Part shown: piece by piece, positions 26,717 to 32,000 of the stretch | Layout of the letters: every line of letters begins with the position of its first letter | How positions within the stretch are numbered: position 1 is the stretch's first letter | DNA from: Methanobrevibacter sp. | GTDB taxonomy: Archaea > Methanobacteriota > Methanobacteria > Methanobacteriales > Methanobacteriaceae | Assembly (NCBI RefSeq): GCF_017432245.1 | Contig: NZ_JAFRJO010000004.1 | Location: 25,072-57,071, forward strand | Direction: 5' to 3' | DNA length: 32,000 nt | Made by a program: the position numbers and the translations under genes | Notes under the pieces: model-generated | What the model was told of the DNA's origin: nothing | Database searches by the model: none | The model's input: the letters and a program-made list of their open reading frames with translations, nothing else

Positions 26717-27361
26717 ATGGCTAAAAAGGAAAAGAATACAGGATTAGGAAGAGGATTGGATTCATTGATTCCAAAAATAGAAGAGAAAGATTTTGAAGAA
26801 GGCATCAGTCTTGAGGATATGTTAAGGGAATCCGAAGAGGAATCAAAAACATTTGAAGAACTGGTTGAAGAAGTTGAAGAGGAATTCGATGGTGAAGATG
26901 AACTTCAAGTTTTAGAAAAATCAGCAGATGTTGAAGAGGAAAAAGTAGAAGAAAGTTCAGAGTACACAAATGTTTTCTTCAATGATGATGAGAAACCACC
27001 AGAAAATGGTGCAAAAGATGAAGAAAAAATCAGCTCAGAAAAAAGTGTAGAAATAATTGATTCTACAGTTAATTTAAATGAAGAAAGTGATGCAACTAGT
27101 GAAATAATTAAAGCTTCAGATGATTTAAAAGAAGTTGGTAGTCTTCTTTCAGAAAAAGAGGAGAAACTGATAGATGAAGTCATCGAAACTGTGGAAAATA
27201 ATCCAAGAATCACTTTATGGTCTGCAAGATCAGCGGCTGTACTAAGGTACTTGAGAAAAACCGAACCTGAATTCAGCATAAGCAGTGAAGCATCAAACTT
27301 GATAGATGCTGCAATAGCTGAAAAGTATCCTGAAATCTGGACATTGTTTAATCATTTGTAA
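26717..27361 (+). CDS. Acidic protein with ParB-like N-terminal peptide and C-terminal ribbon-helix-helix-like module (candidate ParA partner; not a canonical ParB)
   Basis: aa 1-20 are MAKKEKNTGLGRGLDSLIPK, matching the conserved ParB/Spo0J N-terminal GLGRGL(D/E/S)ALL ParA-interaction motif. aa ~21-160 are very acidic low-complexity sequence with no ParB/Srx GERRxRA box and no HTH. aa 161-207 are NNPRITLWSARSAAVLRYLRKTEPEFSISSEASNLIDAAIAEKY, a beta-helix-turn-helix pattern like ParG/omega/CopG. Confidence 0.75.
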   Translation: MAKKEKNTGLGRGLDSLIPKIEEKDFEEGISLEDMLRESEEESKTFEELVEEVEEEFDGEDELQVLEKSADVEEEKVEESSEYTNVFFNDDEKPPENGAKDEEKISSEKSVEIIDSTVNLNEESDATSEIIKASDDLKEVGSLLSEKEEKLIDEVIETVENNPRITLWSARSAAVLRYLRKTEPEFSISSEASNLIDAAIAEKYPEIWTLFNHL

Positions 27362-27534
27362 GATACTTACATGATTTAGAATTATGATTATCCACTTAAC
27401 ATCAATAAATCAAAGGATTGGTAGATGATTGGAATCTGTTTTTAAATGGATTCCTTTATCTATCAATTAAGAAGATTAACAAATTTTATATTAATTTAAA
27501 AATAGCTAACTAAAATTAAAACACGGGGATTAAA

Positions 27535-28293
27535 ATGAAATTAGGATTTTCACTTCTTTCACTTTTCATGAAAGATGTAAATGAAATGCTTGATATGGCA
27601 GTAGAAAAGGGCTTTGATAGTGTTGAACTCTTGGCTGAAGGTCCATACAGACCAGATGAAATGCTTGGAAAAAAGGAAATCACAGAAGTGTTTCACTCAT
27701 ATGACTTGGATGTCTATATGCATGCAGTAAATGTTGACATAAACCTTGCAAGCTTAAATACAGGAATTCGTAAGGAATCTGTGAAACAGACAAAGGATTG
27801 CCTTGACCTTGCAGATGAGATAGGTGCTATAGGCATAACAGCCCATCCTGGTAAAATAGGAAGGCCTGAAAAATACCTAAGGGACATGGCACTTGAGTTC
27901 CTTACAGAATCCACCCATGAACTTGTGGCCTATGCTGAAGACAAGGAAGCAAAAATATCCATAGAAAACATGCCAGAACGTTTTTCCTATCTTGGAAACC
28001 GTGCTTATGAATTGGAAAACCTCACCAATGAGACCGGTTGCAACATTACAATAGATTTAGGTCATGTCAATACTTGTGAAGATCAAGAAAGTTTCTTCAA
28101 GATTCCTAATATCCTATATAACCATATAAATGACAATGATGGGATAAAGGATAAGCACCAGGCAGTAGGTGACGGAACTCTTGACTTGAATCTGTTGAAG
28201 CATGTGAAGCATGGAATTATCGAATTGAATAATTTCGATAATGTAATGAAAAGTAAAAAAGTGATTGAAGATTTCTTAAGCGAAAATAAATAG
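27535..28293 (+). CDS. Sugar-phosphate isomerase/epimerase, xylose-isomerase-like TIM barrel (AP_endonuc_2 family)
   Basis: Metal-ligand ladder typical of the fold: SVELLAEGP, MHAVNVDINLAS, ITAHPG, ISIENM, IDLGHVN. Confidence 0.75.
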   Translation: MKLGFSLLSLFMKDVNEMLDMAVEKGFDSVELLAEGPYRPDEMLGKKEITEVFHSYDLDVYMHAVNVDINLASLNTGIRKESVKQTKDCLDLADEIGAIGITAHPGKIGRPEKYLRDMALEFLTESTHELVAYAEDKEAKISIENMPERFSYLGNRAYELENLTNETGCNITIDLGHVNTCEDQESFFKIPNILYNHINDNDGIKDKHQAVGDGTLDLNLLKHVKHGIIELNNFDNVMKSKKVIEDFLSENK

Positions 28294-28337
28294 AATAATA
28301 AAAAAGAAAATAATTGAAAAAAGATTGAAGATTTTGA

Positions 28338-29138
28338 CTAGAAATCTATTTGAAGAACTTCGCTAATGTCTTCAATTACAAAATCTGCATACCCTTTTAG
28401 TTTATCAGGGAAATCACCATCTTTCTGTTCAGTTGTAAGAATAGCTGTATCAGCTTGCTCAAATGCTAAAATGTCATTTGGGCCATCACCAACCATCATG
28501 ACCTTATACCCTTCATCCTGAAGATTAGCCACAATTTCAGCTTTTCTATGCGTACTTGCAGTTGCAAATGCATGGTCTTCAGGTATTCCTGTAATGTTTG
28601 CAAGTCTTTTGATAGCTCCTGATCTGTCTCCTGAAGCTATGAAAACTTCTATATCCTTATCCTGAAGCTTGGCTATTGTATCCTTAACGCCACTGAATAA
28701 TTGGCCTGCAGATGTTATTGTGAATGCAATTCTTTCCTCTGCAATGTCTATAATGACTGCTGAACCATTGCATAATTCCATATTAGGAACCCTTTCGGCT
28801 AAAAGAGGGAATGTATCTGTAATGTCCTTTATCACAGCAGTATCCTTTTCAAGAATTGAAGTAATTTTCTCTTTGGAAACCTCTGTAGAATAATAGCTGA
28901 TGTCAAAATCTATATTGTTTTCCAATACAAAATCACTTATCAAGGTATTTGGATCCAATTCATTGAGACGATTTGTGTTGAATTGAAGAACAACAAGTGC
29001 TGCATTCAAATAGCTGTCTATCAAATCCAAAGAGTTCACATGAGTGATAAATTCGCCAGTAGACACATTCTTTATAACCCTAAACCTTTCTAATAATGTT
29101 CCGGAGTTATCAAATACAATAGCTTTTTTAGTCATCAT
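28338..29138 (-). CDS. HAD-superfamily hydrolase resembling a stand-alone P-type-ATPase cytoplasmic (P/N) domain
   Basis: Motif I is IVFDNSGTLL (DxxGT), motif III region is IASGDRSGAIKRLANITGI, and motif IV is MVGDGPNDILAFEQADTAI. There are no TM segments. Confidence 0.75.
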   Translation of the reverse strand: MMTKKAIVFDNSGTLLERFRVIKNVSTGEFITHVNSLDLIDSYLNAALVVLQFNTNRLNELDPNTLISDFVLENNIDFDISYYSTEVSKEKITSILEKDTAVIKDITDTFPLLAERVPNMELCNGSAVIIDIAEERIAFTITSAGQLFSGVKDTIAKLQDKDIEVFIASGDRSGAIKRLANITGIPEDHAFATASTHRKAEIVANLQDEGYKVMMVGDGPNDILAFEQADTAILTTEQKDGDFPDKLKGYADFVIEDISEVLQIDF

Positions 29139-29259
29139 ATCAGCTCAAATTAATAATAATTATAATTATAGATTAGTAATATATTAATTTATTGAATAAC
29201 AATTTAAAAAAATGAATTTGTAATTAAAATGATTTTTTAAAAAGATAGTGTGTGAAAAA

Positions 29260-30201
29260 ATGTTGATTGATGAGGAATTGAAATTAAAAAACATTACCCT
29301 TAGAAATCGTATAGTCATGCCTCCTATGGCTAGGGAAGGCAGTGCTGATGGAAAGGTGACAGAAAATCTTATAGAATATTATCGCTTGAGAGCAGAATGT
29401 ACAGGGCTTATAATAGTTGAACACGCATATGTTTCCATTGAAGGAAAATCAACCCCAAAACAGCTTTCTATGGCTGATGATTCTGTTATTGAATCTTATA
29501 GAAATTTGACAGAAGCCATTCATAAGAAAAATTGCTTTGCAATAGCCCAATTAAATCATGGCGGGAAAGAGAGAATTTCAAGGGATTGGATAAACATAAA
29601 TTCCATGACTAAAGAGGATATTGAAAAGGTAAAAGAGGATTTCGCAAAAGCCGCTATAAGAACTAAAAAAGCTGGCTTTGACGGTGTGGAAATACATGCG
29701 GCCCATGAATACCTATTGACTCATTTCTATTCACCTTACACAAATAAAAGAACTGATGAGTATGGGGGAAATCTTGAAAATCGTTTGAGATTGGCTAATG
29801 AAATCATTCAGGAAGTTCGTGCATCTGTAGGTGAAGACTATATTGTAGCCATTCGCTTTGGCGCATATGATTATTTGGAGGGAGGAAGCAAATTGGAGGA
29901 AATTCCTTTTGCTGTCCAATCATTCATAGATTCAGGGGTAGATTTAATTGACATTAGCGGCGGGCTATGCAGATCCAGAAATCCATACAGCAAAGAGCCA
30001 GGATACTTTAAGGAACTTAGTAAAATAGCTAAGGAATCATCTTCAGTTCCAGTGATTCTTACTGGAGGTGTGAAAAAAGCAAAAGATGCTGAAAATCTGC
30101 TGAAAGAGGGATACTGTGACCTTATTGGCATTGGCAGGGCTATGTTAATGGATGCTGAGTGGTCTAAAAAGGCATTGAAATCATTGAAAAATATCCAATA
30201 G
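29260..30201 (+). CDS. Old Yellow Enzyme-family NADH:flavin oxidoreductase
   Basis: LKNRIVMPPM, AQLNHGG, GFDGVEIHAAHEYLLTHFYSPYTNKRTDEYGG, and IGIGRAML. ATG 29260 with GTGTGTGA upstream is preferred over the track's GTG 29248. Confidence 0.85.
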   Translation: MLIDEELKLKNITLRNRIVMPPMAREGSADGKVTENLIEYYRLRAECTGLIIVEHAYVSIEGKSTPKQLSMADDSVIESYRNLTEAIHKKNCFAIAQLNHGGKERISRDWININSMTKEDIEKVKEDFAKAAIRTKKAGFDGVEIHAAHEYLLTHFYSPYTNKRTDEYGGNLENRLRLANEIIQEVRASVGEDYIVAIRFGAYDYLEGGSKLEEIPFAVQSFIDSGVDLIDISGGLCRSRNPYSKEPGYFKELSKIAKESSSVPVILTGGVKKAKDAENLLKEGYCDLIGIGRAMLMDAEWSKKALKSLKNIQ

Positions 30202-30407
30202 GTATAACTACTTATTCTAACTTATATCCTAACTTAATCCTAACTTATATCCTAACTAATAGTTTATATAACTTGAAAAATATAATTATATTATTATATA
30301 AAAAAATCATTATCAAAATTTATTGAAATATTTGATATAATATGATTTGATTATCAAAGATTACTTAATCATAATTACAATGTTTTAAAATAAAGTAAGG
30401 TGTTTTA

Positions 30408-31793
30408 ATGAATATCCTTGAAAAATTAAATGCAATTAAAAATCAAGAAATTACTGCAAAGGAAAATGTAGAAGCTTACATTAAGGTTATTGAAGAAAAG
30501 AACGATGACATTAACGCTTTTCTTGAATTAAACAAAGAACAAGCTATCGCTAAAGCAGAAGAGATTGATGCTAAAATAAAGGCTGGAGAAGAAGTCGGAG
30601 CTCTTGCTGGTTTAGTGTTTGGTATTAAGGCTAACATAAATGTAGAAGACTTTATCATATCTGCTGCATCCAAAACCTTAGAGGATTATATCGGAAGCTA
30701 TGATGCAACTGTAGTTAAGAAAATCAAGGCTGAAGACGGAATCATCATAGGAATAAACAACATGGATGAATTTGCAGCAGGAAGTTCAACTGAAACCTCA
30801 TACTATGGAGCTGTAAACAACCCAGCAGCACCTGGAAGAATCCCTGGTGGTTCAAGTGGAGGAAGTGCAGCAGCAGTGGCATCTGGAATGTGTGACATTG
30901 CAATCGGTTCCGACACTGGTGGATCAATCAGAAACCCATCTTCCCACTGTGGAGTCTTAGGTATGAAACCTACCTATGGTGCTGTTTCAAGACAAGGATT
31001 GCTTGACTTGTCAATGAGTTTAGACCAAATCGGTCCTATGGCCCGTGACATCACTGGAATCACCCTTGCTTTAGACACTATTGTTGGATATGACCCAACC
31101 GAATGTACAACATTGAAATGGGACGCTCCAAACTTCACTGAAATAGCTGAGTCTGTCAAAGATGCTGAAAAGCCATTGACAGGAATGAAAATAGCTACCT
31201 GTAAGCAGTTCAAGGAAGTAACCAATGATGAAATCAATGCAATCATTGATGAATCCGTTGCAAAGCTAGAGGAATTAGGTGCAGAAGTAGTGGAATTGAG
31301 TTTCAACTACATTGACATTTGTCTTCCTACATACTATCTTATAAACTATGTTGAATTCTTCTCTGCAACCAGAAAATACGATGGAAGAAAATACGGTTCC
31401 AGAATCGAAGAGGTATGTGGTGAGGAAGTTCTCAGAAGAATCCAAATGGGTTCATACATTTCACAAAAGGAATTCAGCGGCAAATACTATCAAAAAGCTC
31501 TTCAAGCAAGAACAGTCATTAGAAATGAAATCAATGAAATGCTTGAAGGAGTGGACTTGATTGTAGGTCCAACCGTTCCTAAATTGCCACACAAATTAGG
31601 TGAAAAGTTAGAGCCTATGGAAATGTATGCATACGATGTGCTTACCGTAATTGCTAACTTGGCAGGTATTCCAGCTGCAAGCGTAAAGGCTGGTGAAGTT
31701 GATGGCATTCCTGTAGGATTGCAATTGCAGGCAAAACCTCAAGACGATGCAAAAATCGTTCAGGCAATGGCTGCATTTGAGTATGCTAAATAA
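30408..31793 (+). CDS. gatA: Asp/Glu-tRNA amidotransferase subunit A
   Basis: Amidase signature [14 protein letters not shown]...[17 protein letters not shown], a GatA-typical N-terminus ([24 protein letters not shown]) and C-terminus ([10 protein letters not shown]). Confidence 0.9.
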   Translation: MNILEKLNAIKNQEITAKENVEAYIKVIEEKNDDINAFLELNKEQAIAKAEEIDAKIKAGEEVGALAGLVFGIKANINVEDFIISAASKTLEDYIGSYDATVVKKIKAEDGIIIGINNMDEFAAGSSTETSYYGAVNNPAAPGRIPGGSSGGSAAAVASGMCDIAIGSDTGGSIRNPSSHCGVLGMKPTYGAVSRQGLLDLSMSLDQIGPMARDITGITLALDTIVGYDPTECTTLKWDAPNFTEIAESVKDAEKPLTGMKIATCKQFKEVTNDEINAIIDESVAKLEELGAEVVELSFNYIDICLPTYYLINYVEFFSATRKYDGRKYGSRIEEVCGEEVLRRIQMGSYISQKEFSGKYYQKALQARTVIRNEINEMLEGVDLIVGPTVPKLPHKLGEKLEPMEMYAYDVLTVIANLAGIPAASVKAGEVDGIPVGLQLQAKPQDDAKIVQAMAAFEYAK

Positions 31794-31806
31794 GTTTAAA
31801 ACAACC

Positions 31807-31840
31807 AATAGCTATTATTAGCTATTAACTTACTTTTTTT
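31807..31840 (+). terminator. Hairpin plus T7 terminator downstream of gatA
   Basis: AATAGCTA (31807-31814) / TAGCTATT (31819-31826) forms an 8-bp stem with a 4-nt loop, followed by a T7 run at 31834-31840. Confidence 0.45.
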
Positions 31841-31903
31841 ATTTTTTTATTAAATTAATTGATTTTTCTTTTTTTCATGATTTAAATTTTGTAGAGGGTT
31901 AAT

Positions 31904-32000
31904 ATGAGCGAAAATTCATCAAATAAACAGAACAATTCCAAAAAGAGAAACAGGAACAACAATTCCAATCAAAACAAAAAACTGCTCAATGAAATCAAGA
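31904..32000 (+). CDS. 5' end of a CDS running off the window; basic, Asn-rich low-complexity N-terminus, function unknown
   Basis: ATG at 31904 with a GAGGG RBS 5 nt upstream. It reads MSENSSNKQNNSKKRNRNNNSNQNKKLLNEIK... and is open to the window edge. Confidence 0.4.
   Translation, partial: MSENSSNKQNNSKKRNRNNNSNQNKKLLNEIK

Noticed and set aside
26905-27279. 124-aa antisense ORF inside the acidic adaptor gene, and similar long antisense ORFs (842..1216, 910..1185, 1222..1509, 8347..8883, 15792..16370, 30974..31306)
   Set aside because: These are shadow ORFs opposite well-supported genes. They have Ser/Leu/Phe-rich low-complexity products with no RBS and no recognisable motifs.
1-32000. 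Scan for tRNA, rRNA or other structured RNA genes and for mobile elements
   Set aside because: No GC-rich islands with cloverleaf or rRNA-like features stand out in any intergenic region. I found no transposase, integrase or recombinase ORFs and no terminal inverted repeats bounding a gene block.

Overview
AT-rich (about 30% GC) chromosomal segment of a methanogenic archaeon. It is most consistent with Methanobacteriales and probably Methanobrevibacter, based on the Fae-Hps fusion, F420-dependent Mtd, TrpB2, GatA, an adhesin-like surface protein and GGTGA-type ribosome-binding sites. I support about 27 protein genes, mostly housekeeping or central metabolism: fae-hps, mtd, hisB, a leuA/cimA-family synthase, cbiA/cfbB, trpB2, gatA, an Isf-type flavoprotein, an OYE flavoenzyme and a ModE-like regulator. 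There are also envelope genes: a MOP flippase, a Wzy-like polytopic protein translationally coupled to a MurG-like GT-B protein, and a surface adhesin. I saw no rRNA, tRNA, CRISPR array, transposase or integrase. The most interesting locus is 25.5-27.4 kb. A dense, orientation-switched array of the 7-mer AAGTTAT/ATAACTT sits directly upstream of a Soj-type ParA. ParA is followed by a 214-aa protein that is not a ParB, but carries a ParB-like N-terminal GLGRGLDSLIP peptide, a ~140-aa acidic linker and a C-terminal ribbon-helix-helix-like module. I read this as a candidate undescribed archaeal segregation module. Other leads: a small secreted protein with thioester-domain (TED)-like YCVQ and RQLIIW motifs plus a sortase-type C-terminal signal; an orphan coiled-coil gene between 0.8 and 0.9 kb non-coding flanks packed with repeated 9-12-mers; TrpY-type TRP boxes and a tandem repeat ahead of trpB2; and a 2x[4Fe-4S] ferredoxin gene missed by the ORF track because it has no canonical in-frame start. 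All functional calls come from motif-level reading of the translations, without database searches.
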